DNA of 64,000 nt from Octopus sinensis (taxonomy: Eukaryota): positions 11,408,001 to 11,472,000 of the forward strand of contig NC_043013.1 in the NCBI RefSeq assembly GCF_006345805.1. The letters are read 5' to 3'. Position numbers and translations under genes: made by a program. Numbering within the stretch: position 1 is the stretch's first letter; each line of letters begins with the position of its first letter. A model generated the notes under the pieces. It did not search any database. It was not told the origin of the DNA and saw nothing but the letters and a program-made list of their open reading frames with translations. Positions 25,492-39,735 of this stretch are shown here, in pieces.

Positions 25492-25918
25492 ATTTCTATA
25501 CTTATCCGTTTCTTTGTTTCTAGCAATTTTTACCAAGGTTCATTTTTGAGTTCTTATTCCTTGAAAAGTACTGTACACAGATTACTAAGTTTTGCCCATC
25601 ATTCTGTGTCTTTCCCTCTCAATGTGACCATTAAGTTTTTTCACCTTACTCAATCATTCTTTCTCTCTCTCTCTCACTATTTGACATTCTTCTCACTGCC
25701 ATTTTACTTCTATCGTGATGTTCCTTCTACTAGCTAATTTTCTTCCATTCAAGACGTTTACGTTCTGCCCCCTCCAAAATTGTATAGACTATCGTACATC
25801 TGGCCTGTGTGCAAATGAGAGGATTCCCATGAATATTTCTCCATTTCCATTCTATTTTTCATTTTTTCTATTATACAGACAAACACAGACAAACACGAAC
25901 ACACACAGATATATACAA

Positions 25919-25953
<35 letters not shown>

Positions 25954-26164
25954 CTCACACAAATATATATGCATATAATAACGTATACATATACATACGT
26001 GTATGTGTATATTATTATGTATGTATATATATATATATATGTGTGTGTGCATGTGTGTGTGTGTGTGTGCGTGTGTGTGCGTGTGTATGTGTGTAAAAAA
26101 ATATATATGTAAATTTACACACACATATATAATACGTACACACACAAACACACACTCACTCACA

Positions 26165-26345
26165 CACCGATGCTGGTGTTTTTTACGTTTGATGCTGGTG
26201 TCCCCGTATCCAAGCAGTACGGCAAAAGAGAACGATAGAATAAGTACTAGGGTTACAAAGAATAAGTGCTGGGGTCGATTTGCTCTATTAAAGGTAGTGC
26301 TCCAGCATGGCCGCAGTCTGGTGACTAAAACAAATAAAACAATAA
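26165..26345 (+). mobile_element. SINE family A, 3' half
   Basis: CCGATGCTGGTG...GGCAAAAGAGAACGATAGAATAAGTACTAGG.TTACAAAGAATAAGT.CTGGGGTCGATTTG...CTCCAGCATGGCCGCAGTC. Confidence 0.88.
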
Positions 26346-26362
26346 CTAACCTATATACATAC

Positions 26363-26396
<34 letters not shown>

Positions 26397-26757
26397 GCAC
26401 ATAGAAACATGCATACGTACATACATATATGTGAGCAAGTATACACACATATATATACATTAGGGAGAGTAGAGAAAGTATCACAAACCGGTGGGGATAT
26501 AACAGGAGCAGAGAAATGAATCAAAAGAATGAATGCTAGCACTTGTATTTAGTACTTCAAGATCCGTACATATGCATTGAGGCATGCATTTATATACTTT
26601 CGTATATGTACATGCGTGCAAGCGCACACGCATGTGAATTTGTGTATGTATGTTTTCTTTTTATGCGCGCGCGGCTGACTGTTCACTATTCATTGATTTC
26701 TTGCCGACTAGTTTTGAACAAGTGAAATACATTTTAATATATACATACATTTATATT

Positions 26758-26841
<84 letters not shown>

Positions 26842-27882
26842 ATAAATATACATATATATTATATATACACATATATATATTTATAGTGTGTGTGTGTGTG
26901 TTTGTGTACACACACATATAGGCCAGTTTGCATATATATATATATACATATACATTTATATATATATTTATAATTCTGTGTATGTATATATGTATATGTA
27001 TATATACATATAGATATATGTAATCATATATACGTATATATACATATATTGATACATGTGTGTATCTGTATGTATGTATGTATTTATTTAAATATGTATA
27101 TCCATTTTATATCTACTATAGCTTTTTGTTTTCAATTTCGTAAAAGCTTAATGTTTGAGCAACAAAAATCTTACAAATTTCTAATGGTTGTCTTAATAAA
27201 TGAACGGACCAATTTCTTTTTCATATCCGATTAAACTTAAACTCACTCATGTATTGCTGTAAATTGGTGTTAATATCAAAAGTTATAACACGATATTTTT
27301 TTTAAATATTGTCCTTTGGTATTTCCACGTGTTTGTGTGTGTGTGTGTATACACACACACCAATGGAAACATAAATATATACACCCACCCCATATATATA
27401 TATACACTCACCCACACATATATATATATATTCCATTCGATTCTTTTTTTTTAATATTTTTCTCTTTCCATTCATTTATATTTTCTGGTTGTCACGCTAA
27501 ATAAAAAACAATTAAAGATTATTATTTAGGTGTGCAGTGTTGATTTTTTTTTCTATTCATGTTTAATAATTTTCCGTTTATTTTGGTTTTATTTAAGCAT
27601 ACATACATATATAAATACACACATACATACAAATATACACATGCACACATATATAAACATATAAAATTATGTATAAATATATAGACATATACATATATAT
27701 ATATATAATTATGTGTATATATATATATATAGTTTTTATTATTGTTTATATATTCGTTCAATGTCTCTTGTCGCTTTCTGTTTTCTTTTTATAATTTCAT
27801 CTTTTTTAGCTCAAATATGTCTATATCTATATGTATCTATCTGTGTTACTATCTCTCTCTCGCTCTATCTCTCCCTCCTCTG

Positions 27883-27916
<34 letters not shown>

Positions 27917-27942
27917 TATATATTTATATATACATGTATACG

Positions 27943-27976
<34 letters not shown>

Positions 27977-28097
27977 TATATTTAAATACACACCCTATAT
28001 GCATTCATACTTAAACTGTATATATATGTACATCTCCTTATACAATATATAACTCAAAATACGTGTGCGCGCGCTAGGTGTGTTTGTGTTAGTGTGA

Positions 28098-28131
<34 letters not shown>

Positions 28132-28436
28132 ATTACTCCACATAATATTTTGTCTAGACTAGAAATGAAATATGAAAAGTTTAATTCTCGTATACTAGTA
28201 TGCTACAGAACTTACGTGGTTATCTATGTAGTATATAAGTATGTATATATGTATGAGCGACTTAATAAATGGATGGATATAGGGATAAATTGATGTGTAT
28301 ATTGTATATGAAGATCTAAATATACATTATATAATTTCATAAATATATACACACATCAGTATATCCATATATAAAAGTAAAAATACACACACTCATATAT
28401 ACATATACATACATTACATTATACATATGCGTGTAT

Positions 28437-28478
<42 letters not shown>

Positions 28479-28688
28479 ATACACGCATATGTATAATGTA
28501 ATGTATGTAAGTATATATGAGGTGGTGTATTTTTACTTTTATATATGGATATACTGATGTGTGTATATATTTATGAAATTATATAATGTATATTTAGATC
28601 TTCATATACAATATACACATCAATTTATCCCTATATATATATATATATATATATATACATACATATATATAATATATATATACTATAT

Positions 28689-28763
<75 letters not shown>

Positions 28764-29019
28764 ATATATATATATATACACAAACTCACAAATATTTATC
28801 GAGATCTTTGTAGGTTTTCTTCGTGCTAAAATCTTATTTTTGGTTGTAATATCCTGATATCTATCATTGTGGTTCCGAAGTTTCTTCATAGACAAGTAAT
28901 GAATTTGAACCGTCTCTTACCTATTTATAGTAAGCAGAGGTAATTCTTTCACTAAATACATTATGTTCAATATTTCTTTTTTTCATCGTTGTGTTAATGG
29001 TTTTATTATATTGGAACAA

Positions 29020-29245
29020 AAACCGAATTTGAGGGCATGATGTTGCTAAGAAAATGAATGACAGTCAGGGTTCGAAAGTTTTTAACTACATATATATATA
29101 ACTGGTACTTATACTCATCGATCTCAAAATGGTAAAAGGCAATCGACCTTGGTGAAATTTGAACTCAGGCCGGAAGGACAGAGGAACTGCCGTAAGCATC
29201 ATGTCCAACAAGTTGGCAATTCTACCAGATATGCGCCTTATTTTG
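29020..29245 (-). mobile_element. SINE family B, degraded
   Basis: AAAGGCAATCGACCTTGGTGAAATTTGAACTCAG...TTCTACCAGATATGCGCCTT. Confidence 0.7.
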
Positions 29246-29589
29246 AATGAACATTAATAAAAATCCAATATAAGGTCTTAACCATTTTATTTGTATGAGA
29301 GATACATTTGGCTGGGGCTAAAATACAAAGGATCACAATGGAAAAATGATGTGTGACGGTAAGCATATAGCTTCAGAATATGTATTACTTTATTTATATA
29401 TTACATTGTATATGACATATTCCAATTCGTTTGAGAGTAAAAACTGATTGCAGGACATCATTTGCTTGTTTATTTTTCTGTAAGTAATTAAAGAATGAAA
29501 TATGTTATTGATAAGAATGTACATGACTTACAGACATTTCTACTCCAGAACCTTTATTCAGAACCGTATTTTATCTGACGTCGTGTACT

Positions 29590-29745
29590 TTTTGTAGTCA
29601 TTCGACTAACGCTATGTTGGAGTGGTGCCTTGAAGGGTCTGGTCGAACAAACTGATCCGAATACTTGTTTATATATTCAAGTATGATACTTAATTCATTG
29701 GTTTCTTTTGCCGAGCGGATAAATCCCGGTTGTGAGGTCAAAGGC
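29590..29745 (-). mobile_element. SINE family A tail, degraded
   Basis: GTCATTCGACT..CGCTATGTTGGAGTGGTGCCTTGAAG...GGTCGAAC...TTTCTTTTGCCGAGCG. Confidence 0.6.
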
Positions 29746-30177
29746 AAACGGACATACACTCATACATACACGTAGAATCCCTCACAACACTCACAGATAT
29801 TTTAGTATGTGTGTGTGTGTGTGTGTGTGTCTATGTGTGAGATGCTTCTTTCAGTTTAAGTCTATCAAATTTGCTAATAAAGGTTTTGGTGGACTTAAGG
29901 CAAAAGCAGAAGGCGATTGTCCAAGGTGCAATGCAAAGGTCTGCACTCGAATCCATATGGCTGGGAAGGAAACTCCATAACACACATTCTCGTCTGCACC
30001 TATAGAAAAAAAATGACCATAACAAATTATCGAGTTTTTATCCTCACAATGGTCTCATCAGAGATTTGTACATCACATGACATTAACTATGAAATATGAT
30101 TCAATATTTTATATTCAGAAACTAAGTCGAAGAAGTCATACCAGAGAAAGGGATCAACGAAAATATTTGTCAAAATA

Positions 30178-30345
30178 TTGGACAGGTATGGCTCCGTGGG
30201 TAAGAAGTACGCCCTACAGTCAGGTAGTTTCAAGTTCAGTGTTTCTGGGAGTACATATGCTAAGTGTATTCTATTACAATCCCGGTCTGTTTAATGCCTT
30301 GTAAGTGAATTTAGTAAACGAAAACTGTACGGTAAAACCGTGAAT
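30178..30345 (+). mobile_element. SINE family A head, degraded
   Basis: GGTATGGCTCCGTGGGTAAGAAGT...AAGTGTATTCTATTAC...GCCTTGTAAGTGAATTTAGTAAACGAAAACTG, followed by TATATATA. Confidence 0.65.
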
Positions 30346-30354
30346 ATATATATA

Positions 30355-30620
30355 CCAAAAGTCACATCTTCTCAATCGAGGATACGAACTCAATATCGTA
30401 ATAGTTTGGGATTCAAGGGACCACAACAACCACTGAACATCAGAGATCTGCACGGTTTAGACATGGAAGTCCTCAAAAAACGTCTAGACAGTTTATTTTT
30501 ATTTGCAATACCGGGTGAACCCAAGTCGCGGCAAGAGGTACAAAGAAGACCGGCAAAGGCCAGCTCGCTACTTCACCAGAGGCCGTCCTGAAAAAAACCC
30601 CGATGCAGTAAAGGCGGTGC
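30355..30620 (+). mobile_element. CR1/L2-like LINE ORF2 C-terminal remnant
   Basis: IRTQYRNSLGFKGPQ...IRDLHGLDMEVLKKRLDSLFL.IPGEP resembles the GP.LFN.LP..IR...FK..LD.FL..IPDEP C-terminus of CR1/L2-group ORF2. Confidence 0.6.
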
Positions 30621-30653
30621 AGCCTCAGGCTGGAACCCATAAAAGATAAAAAG

Positions 30654-30727
<74 letters not shown>

Positions 30728-32275
30728 GGTCTACGGATCCTCCACGTTTATTTTCCTTTGTTTCCTTGTATGTCTCCTCTGTTATATTTTTTGTTCCCAA
30801 CTCTGACCCTGCATAAATAATAAATTTTAGTTTAGAATTTATGGCAGCAAATATTTTGACGACTCATGTTATTGAATGCTGGAAATGAGAAGTAGATACA
30901 GAGCCGACAACTGATGAAGGCTTCTTTCTCAGTGTTTACTAATCCTGTTTTCCATTTTTCTTTTCGTTGCTTACGAATTTTATGTTATTTGCATCGTTGT
31001 TGACATCCTGTACCCATATATGCATGTATCTATGTATATATAATATTTTTTCACTATTTAATTGCCCGAGTCGCATACATTTCCAAGTAAGTTTATATAT
31101 ATTTTGTATATATATATATACATATATATATATATAATATAAAATAATATATACAATATATATATATATATATCCGAAGTTTGGATAATTCTTTATTAGT
31201 GCTTTTGTTCTTTTAACCGAAGCCTTCAAGATTTCGGTTAAACGAAGGGAAGCGCTCATGAAGAATTATCCAAAACTCTGACCGCCTCCTTATTCTTAAT
31301 ATACAATTTCTGTATATCACTTCAAATATTCTATACGCATTCCTCCCAGTCCAACATTAAATAAATTATTTGAAAAGTTAGAACATCTGACACTTGAGCA
31401 TACGTTTTTTACCCAGGTTCCTCGAGACCTATCAGCAACCGCTGAAGCGACACTGGTGGGTGCCGTGCTGCACTGGAAATTCAGTGGTAGTGTGTAGTGG
31501 GAATATGCCATGTATGTGCAAAGACCAGTTTACCTTTAAAAATATTACATTGACGTTAACATAAATACAATGACACATAGTCAACATTGGCGGAGTAAGG
31601 AACTAACGAAAAGGAAACAATAAATGCTTCGTTGTGGTCGCGTGATTCTCTAGAAATAACAAAAGCAACCCATTCAAATCACAACCGATCATCTAAAAAC
31701 AAACGGAAGCACAAATCTTGATAATTTACTCGAATATACTCTATGCCGGCATGAAATAGAAGCTAATATATAGGCGAATTATCACAGCTTCAAATGTTTC
31801 ATGATAATAATACCCTGCTAATGATAATGCGTTCAACATCGCATTTCAAATGGTCTATAGCCATGTTAAAAACAGGATTCTTTCCAAATCTTGGAACTTT
31901 TTCTTTGTTGTGACTGATTTTAATTCTTTGTTTTGGTACGTTATCTTTCTGTTTAGTGATTTCTGTTTTGCTGTTGATACATTTTCCATAAGCAATCTTA
32001 TAGATTTTGCAAGAAAATTTGTATGAGATGGCTGTGTTATCAACAAGATTTTTTTTTCTGTTATTTTATTTTTTTTTATGTTGTTTATCAGGTTTCGTTT
32101 TTCGTGTGGAATATTGTAATATTTGGCAGTTGTATTTTAAATGATATCAGGCAAACTGCGTCGCTCCACTTCTACGTTCATACATAAATATATAAATGAT
32201 ATTTTTGCATTTCTCTCTCTCAATCTTTCCTCTTTTTTTCTCTCTCTCTCTCTCTTCTCTCTCTCTATATATATA

Positions 32276-32317
<42 letters not shown>

Positions 32318-32550
32318 GCATATGTGTGTAGGTATGTTACGTATGTAGCAATTTAAATATGAGATATATACATACATATATATAGACAAAAACACTCACA
32401 CGTATATAAAAACATATATATATATATATATATGTATATGTATAAATGTATAAACAGGAATACATATAGAAGCATATACTTGTATATAAATATGTGTGTT
32501 TGTGTGTTTATAAATCCATAAGCACATATGCATATACAACATATAAATGT

Positions 32551-32602
<52 letters not shown>

Positions 32603-33645
32603 GTATGTATACATACATATATGTACATATATATTCATGTATATATATATATATATATGCATATATATGTATAAATACATACGTGTTATACATACGTACA
32701 AATGTATGTACACACATATCTCTGATGCATATACTAAGAGAAAAAAATAATGTTATTTAAACAGGAGCAAGATAGCCTTCAAATAGCTAATAACTGTCGA
32801 AATACAAATGTGATATATTGAGATACACTCGGTGACATGAAGTTAATGTATTTTGTTAATGTTACAATCATTTTGTATAGGCGAGAATATGGCAAGAATG
32901 GGAATGATAGAGTGAAAATAAAGACGGTTGGATAGTAAAAATAAATAGATACAATTCCAAGGATATTTAAATAATAAAATGAAGTAACAGAAGTAGTGAG
33001 TGTGAATGGCTGAGAATATAGAGTAAATACGTGTATGACAGAGATATAGAGAAAGACTAAAAGTGCGAGGTTGAGAGAGAGAGAGAGAGAGAGATGAGAA
33101 AGAGAGGGAGAGAAGGTGTGAAATAGATATTGAGGAAGAAGTTGATATCGTTATTCGAAATATAGATAGCAATGTATGTTAAGATGTTAAAAGACATTTA
33201 AGTAAAATTCTATAAAATATTGCAGTGAATGAGGTGAGAAAGAAAGAGATAATTTACAGAGAGAGAGAGAGAGAGAGTGCGAGAGAGAAGAAATAAGTAG
33301 GAGCGAGAAAGATACAGAAATTAGAAGACTTAAACGTTTATATATAAATATTTCGACATATATATATACATACACACAAACACACTAACACGTATATAAA
33401 CCACCATACTTCTACACACTATTCAGGTGCACACATACATAGGCGCACGCGCACGGGCTCACATACAACACACAGACACACACACACTTACTAGCGCGCA
33501 CATGCATATTTATTCAAACTAAGAAAGCATTTCTTTGATAAATTTTTGCAATAATAGTTATCTCAATCCGTGGTTTGAAACCAATAATGGAGGTCATATC
33601 AAATCCTATAAACAAGAACACCACTTGATCTTCTACAAATTCATT

Positions 33646-33851
33646 ATCCTTTCTATTATAAGCCATGTCTGAAATTTGGAGGAGAATTCCCGTTGTTTAC
33701 ATCGACCCCTTTGCGTTCTTATTTTATCAACCCAGAAATGATGAAATGCCTAATTGACCTCGGCGGAATTTGAACTCAGAACGTAAGGACATATGAAACG
33801 ACGCTAAGCATTTTGCCCTGCGCGCTAACGATTCTGCCAGCTCGTCACCTT
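33646..33851 (-). mobile_element. SINE family B, full length
   Basis: ATCCTTTCTATTATAAGCC...GACCTCGGCGGAATTTGAACTCAGAACGTAA...CGCTAACGATTCTGCCAGCTCGTCACCTT. Confidence 0.9.
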
Positions 33852-33854
33852 CTA

Positions 33855-33912
<58 letters not shown>

Positions 33913-33915
33913 GTA

Positions 33916-34001
<86 letters not shown>

Positions 34002-34084
34002 TAATAATAATAATAATGATAATAATATAATATAATAATAATAATAATAATAATATAAAATAACATAATAATAAGAATAATAAA

Positions 34085-34139
<55 letters not shown>
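33855..34139 (+). repeat. (AAT)n microsatellite
   Basis: Directly visible. Confidence 0.98.
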
Positions 34140-34140
34140 C

Positions 34141-34899
34141 AGTGGTACTCGTGGCTTCTGATCTTAAGTGATTGGAAGTGTTACCATGTACATTGTTTTG
34201 TCTTGGTATAATAGATGGACTACAGCCAATATTCTGCTCAATACCACGGATTTGCTTGTCAGTTTTTTTGCCTTAACCAGTTGAGCATGTCCATTCGTGG
34301 CTGGTAATATGTACATCTCAGATCACGAGCAGAAGTTGTGGGGGAGCAATGCCTCGATTCTGTGCCAGACGGTGGCTCTCATGGCTTCTGATCTTAATTG
34401 ATTGGAAGTGTTATCATGTACATTGTTTTGTCTTGGTATAATAGATGGCCTACAGCAAATATTTTCATAAATACCACAGATCTGCATGTCAGTTGTTTGA
34501 CCTTAACCGCTTGAGCATTGCACTTGGTAGCTGATGATATGGGCATCTCTGATCAACAGCAGAAGTAGTAGGGGAGCATCGTAACCATGTGTTGAGGAAT
34601 TCTTTGGAGTTAGATAATTCACCTCTGGAATCATGGGTGGTTTGTTCAACATCTCAAACAACCCTTATTCAGGGACATTTGAGCAGGATGAACTACTCGA
34701 CCTGAAGAAAATTCTAACTGGGACCCACCTGCAAGGTCATGGGCTTTTATCCTTATATGAGATCAGCATGTGGCACACATATGTTTGTGATGTTTGTGCT
34801 TGGTATACACTTATCAGGGAGGTAGACATGATGGGTGTAATGAACTTCGTATATTTTACTCCAGATTCAATTGGATGACATGCACTGCTCTCTCACTAA
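34141..34899 (+). mobile_element. Element D: partial 5' copy (34141-34347) followed by a full copy (34348-34899), flanked by (AAT)n
   Basis: TGGCTTCTGATCTTAA.TGATTGGAAGTGTTA.CATGTACATTGTTTTGTCTTGGTATAATAGATGG occurs twice, about 230 bp apart; the second copy ends GCACTGCTCTCTCACT. Confidence 0.9.
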
Positions 34900-34907
34900 A
34901 TAATGAC

Positions 34908-34963
<56 letters not shown>

Positions 34964-35031
34964 TAAGGATAAAAATAATAATAATAATAATAGTAATGAT
35001 AATAATAATAATGATAATAATAATAATAATA

Positions 35032-35079
<48 letters not shown>

Positions 35080-35140
35080 TAATAATAATAATAATAATAA
35101 TCATAATAATAATATTAATAATAATAATAATAATAATAAA
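34900..35140 (+). repeat. (AAT)n microsatellite with GAT/AGT variants
   Basis: Directly visible. Confidence 0.97.
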
Positions 35141-35390
35141 TAGCCCGAACATGAACTCGAACTTGTAATAAGGAACGAGCTATGTAAGGCTTTGTGGAAC
35201 CTCCATTTGCAAACTCATCGTGAAATTCATACCAGGCGACCAATTGTTATGGCTCTGGACAAGGCAAAACAGCAATGTGTCGTTTTAGACGTGGATATAT
35301 CTGCGGGCATGTATGTAGAGGGCAAAGAAGATGAGAAAATAAGTAAGTACCAAGATTTGTCCAGAATTTGCCAATATACACCTAAAGAGC
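35140..35390 (+). mobile_element. R4/Dong-clade LINE fragment (restriction-like endonuclease domain)
   Basis: LWNLHLQTHREIHTRRPIVMALDKAKQQCVVLDVDISAGMYVEGKEDEKISKYQDL corresponds to LWD..QTD..I..RRPD...DK...C..ID......KE.EK..KY.DL. Confidence 0.85.
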
Positions 35391-36199
35391 TGCAAAGTGT
35401 CCGACTAGTTATCCCACTGAAGAATGAACCTTCATCCACGTAGCTATGTCTGCAGACCAGAATATTCCTTGGGTATAATCTACTTATGTTTACCGATGTC
35501 CGTACTTCATTTCGGTTGTCTCCGTGAGTGGTCATTTTATCGCAAGATTTTCGACATAAATCTCAGTTGTTCAGCAAACTTAAAATCCTTCAAATAGGTC
35601 AAAGATTACACTGCTTTTGTATACAAAAATCTTCTCACTGAAGATGCAATGAATTGCTTTCTCAAGGGTCGTGTGGATAGCGTCCAAATATTAGCATATA
35701 TAATTGACTTGTTGTCGTTCATTATTTCAAAACCTGTTAATACAAGCCATTGGTAATTACATGTAAAATATAAATGAGAAAATTGAGATGTTTAATGTTT
35801 ATCCCAATAAGTAATTGCGTAAGTAAATCGTGCATTTACTGAGAGGAACCAACATCGATGCTGGCAGTATATGAACACTCACACAATTATCTACACAGTG
35901 GCTTATCACCTCACTCATCCTCCTCCTCATCTCTCTCTATATATATATATCACTCACACATGCATATATAAATATATATAAATATAAATAGGAGGATAGA
36001 CAGAAAGATACATAAACAGATAGATAGATAGAAAAAAATAAATAGATAGATAGATAGAGAGAGAGAGTAAGAGAGAGAGAGAGTAAGAGAGAGAGAGAGT
36101 AAAAGAGAGAGAGAGAGCGATAATCACAGAAACAGACATGAAAATATACACATATATACATAGATACACACATATATATAAATATATGCATACACACAT

Positions 36200-36244
36200 A
36201 CACATATATGTATATACTTATATATTCCTCTCTATCGGTTTTTA

Positions 36245-36311
<67 letters not shown>

Positions 36312-36503
36312 ATATAAGTATAAATATAAATATATTATATATATACACACACATATATACATATATATTTACGGATGTATACTCAAATATTAATACAAAA
36401 TTTCTATACGATTATCTTAAAAGGTAAAAAAAATCATATTCACACATACATATACAACCACACAAATATAGGTAGAATATATGGATATCCATATATATAT
36501 ATA

Positions 36504-36541
<38 letters not shown>

Positions 36542-37130
36542 ATGTGTGTACATATATATACTACATATATATGTATATATTATAATATGTGTATACATAT
36601 ATATATAGTATGTATTTATATATGTATATACTATATATATATAATATATACTATATATATAAATATATAGATATATATAATATATATATACTAGATCTTT
36701 ATCTCTCTTTGATGTTTTGTATACGTAGTTATTGACGAAAAAACTCCAGACCTGAAAACTAATTGACCAAAATCAGTATCAATAATAAATAATGAAGCTA
36801 CTGCAAGAATACTTGGTATTTATTTTCTTAGTCTAAGTATACGAGTGTGTATGTATGTGAATGCGCGTATATACAGATGTATACATATTAAATATATATT
36901 GTGTGTGTGTATGTTATATATATATATAACTATATATTATATATAATATACATAGATTATATACATATATATATATATACATATTATATATATACATATA
37001 TACATACATACATTTGTATATATTACACATACATTTACGTACACATCATATATACACACACACACATATATATATACATATCTATACATGATTATACATG
37101 TACATATATAATATATTATATATATTTATG

Positions 37131-37184
<54 letters not shown>

Positions 37185-37218
37185 ATATAATATATGTAAT
37201 ATATATATATATATATAC

Positions 37219-37259
<41 letters not shown>

Positions 37260-37781
37260 CATACATATATATTTACTCTCGCACACCTGCACACCATTTC
37301 AATGATACACTCACATACATATATTTCTAAGCGTGTTGTTCCTATATATTTTGTTTGTTTGAATAATACCATTTGGTGTTGATGTTATATATATTATATA
37401 TATATATATATATATATCATATATATATATATATATATACATATATATAAACTAATACATATAAATAAATACGTGTACATGTATATTTATATATATTGTA
37501 TGAGTTTTTCGGATTGAAAGAACGAAAGCGTTCAAGCTTTAGCCACACACGTTCATGATTCCAAGATTTAGTGATGGTAATTTCCGGGCTAGAAATAAAT
37601 GTTAGTTTTAATACATTCAACATAAGATTGTCAGGCTCACTGGCCGGCTAGCTGGCTGGCTGACGGGCAATGTTACCTCACTAACTGACTGATATGAATA
37701 TTTGAATATACGAGATTATAACATCTAGTTATATGTTAGTGTGTGATTAAAAATATATAGACGCACATATGTATGTATATA

Positions 37782-37831
<50 letters not shown>

Positions 37832-38054
37832 CGTGATATACATATATACACACGCATATAAATCTATATGTTTGAATATATACTTATATTAACATACAAA
37901 CTCATGAAGTATATATATACACATATATATATAATATATATTATATATATATAATATATTTTAGGGTAGCAAAAACTTCTAGAAAAATTCTCCAAATATA
38001 TACTTATATCAACATACAACTCATGAAGTATATATATAACATATATACATGTAT

Positions 38055-38088
<34 letters not shown>

Positions 38089-38116
38089 AAATATATATAT
38101 TATATATAATATATAT

Positions 38117-38188
<72 letters not shown>

Positions 38189-38304
38189 AATATATATATA
38201 TATATATTATATATATATATATATATAATCATAAATTTTAAGGTAGCAAGAAATTCTAGAAAAATTCTCCGCTACCAACGGTCAAGTGAGAAAGAAAGTA
38301 TATA

Positions 38305-38342
<38 letters not shown>

Positions 38343-38380
38343 ATATATTATAATACATATGTTCGTATTATATATGTATG
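36200..38380. repeat. Representative large compound (TA)/(TG)/(CA) dinucleotide-rich block; comparable blocks at 1050-3086, 8390-8750, 21540-22470, 25900-28760, 40890-43730, 52130-57300 and 63130-63970
   Basis: Directly visible; these blocks produce the dozens of [10 protein letters not shown] ORFs. Confidence 0.95.
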
Positions 38381-38908
38381 TATGCATGTGATTATGAGCA
38401 TCTGTTCTTAGTATGGATATGGATATTTACTTACGACCACAGGTACGCTGAAACAGACATATACAAAATGGTAGAAAAGAAATTTTTCTTGATGTAATTT
38501 GTAAAATCTATGACACTTACGTTAAGAGTAAGTAGATGATAAGGAATATCTTGAACAGCGTCAGTGAGAGAGAAAGAAAGAAAAGACATAAGGGTAGGGA
38601 AAAGAAACCGAACAAGAGAGAAAATAAAGGAAAGATAATAAGAGAGAAATAACAAAATATAGAAAGAACAGATTATAGAAAAAGTAAAAGTAGAACATGA
38701 CATTGAGAAATTTAACGTAACGCGGATGAAACCTTTCACAGTAATGACCTGAAATTTTGTTGACAGGGTGGTCATTGTATAGGCCCCACTTTTTGACAAG
38801 TTTTCTATTTCATCAAGCCGAAATGATGTAAGGCTGAGTTGATTTTGGCTGTATATGAAGAGAAAACAGAAAGAGCCGGGAGAATGGTGTCTAATCATGA
38901 TATAATAC

Positions 38909-39076
38909 AGGCGCAGGCGTGGTTTTATGGCAAGAATTTTGCTTCCCAAACACATGATTCCGGATTCAGTCCCACTGCGTGGCACCTGGCACGGGTGTCT
39001 TCTGCTCTAGCCTAGTGCCGACCAAGGACTTGTGAGTGGTTTTCGTAGACAGAAAATGAAAAAGCCTGTCGTATAC

Positions 39077-39120
<44 letters not shown>

Positions 39121-39428
39121 GTGTGTGTATGCATATATATACACGTGTATATATCTATATACACACACACACACATGCATATATATATATGTATATAATT
39201 TGCGTGTTTGTGTCTGTATCTATGTGTATAAATCTCTGTGTTTGCACCCCATCACAACTGGGGCGGGTGTGCTTACGTCCGCGTATCTAGCAGCTCGACA
39301 AAAGCAACCGATAGAAATATGTACAAGGCTTTAAAATCTAAGTCCCGGGGTCGATTTGCTCGACTAAAACACTTCAAAGCAATGCTCCAGCCAGGCCGCA
39401 ATCAAATGACTGAAACACTTGAAAAGAG
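38909..39428 (+). mobile_element. SINE family A, full length, with internal (TA)/(TG)/(CA) tract
   Basis: AGGCGCAGGCGTGG...TTGCTTCCCAAACACATGATTCCGGATTCAGTCCCACTGCGTGGCACC head; AAGTCCCGGGGTCGATTTGCTCGACTAAA...CAAATGACTGAAAC tail. Confidence 0.92.
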
Positions 39429-39497
39429 TACGGTCTAAGAATTTTTTTTCTGATTTGTTAATGGTTCTACCTGCACTTCTGCCTAATCTGATAAATG

Positions 39498-39697
39498 ATT
39501 TCTAATTTTGCCACAAAGCTAGCGATTTCGCGGGAGAAACAATCTGGCCTCATCGATGCCTGTGTTCAACCGGTATTTTTGGGAAACTGAAAAGCTGAAT
39601 GCCGACCTCTGTGAAAATAGAACTGAGAATGCAACGGTAGAAGAATTACTGCAGAGCGTTTTATTCGGCATAATAACCATTCTGCCAGCTCACTTAC

Positions 39698-39700
<3 letters not shown>
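39498..39700 (-). mobile_element. SINE family B, degraded, followed by (AAT)n
   Basis: GCCGACCTCTGTGAAAATAGAACTGAGAATGCAACGG...ATTCTGCCAGCTCAC. Confidence 0.7.

Positions 39701-39735
<35 letters not shown>

Noticed and set aside
31317-31520. GC-richer stretch with possible splice sites on both strands
   Set aside because: No frame gave a recognisable protein, and the splice signals conflict.
38431-38985. 184-aa minus-strand ORF
   Set aside because: Composed of the antisense SINE A head, a decayed family B core (~38810-38850) and GA-rich low-complexity sequence.
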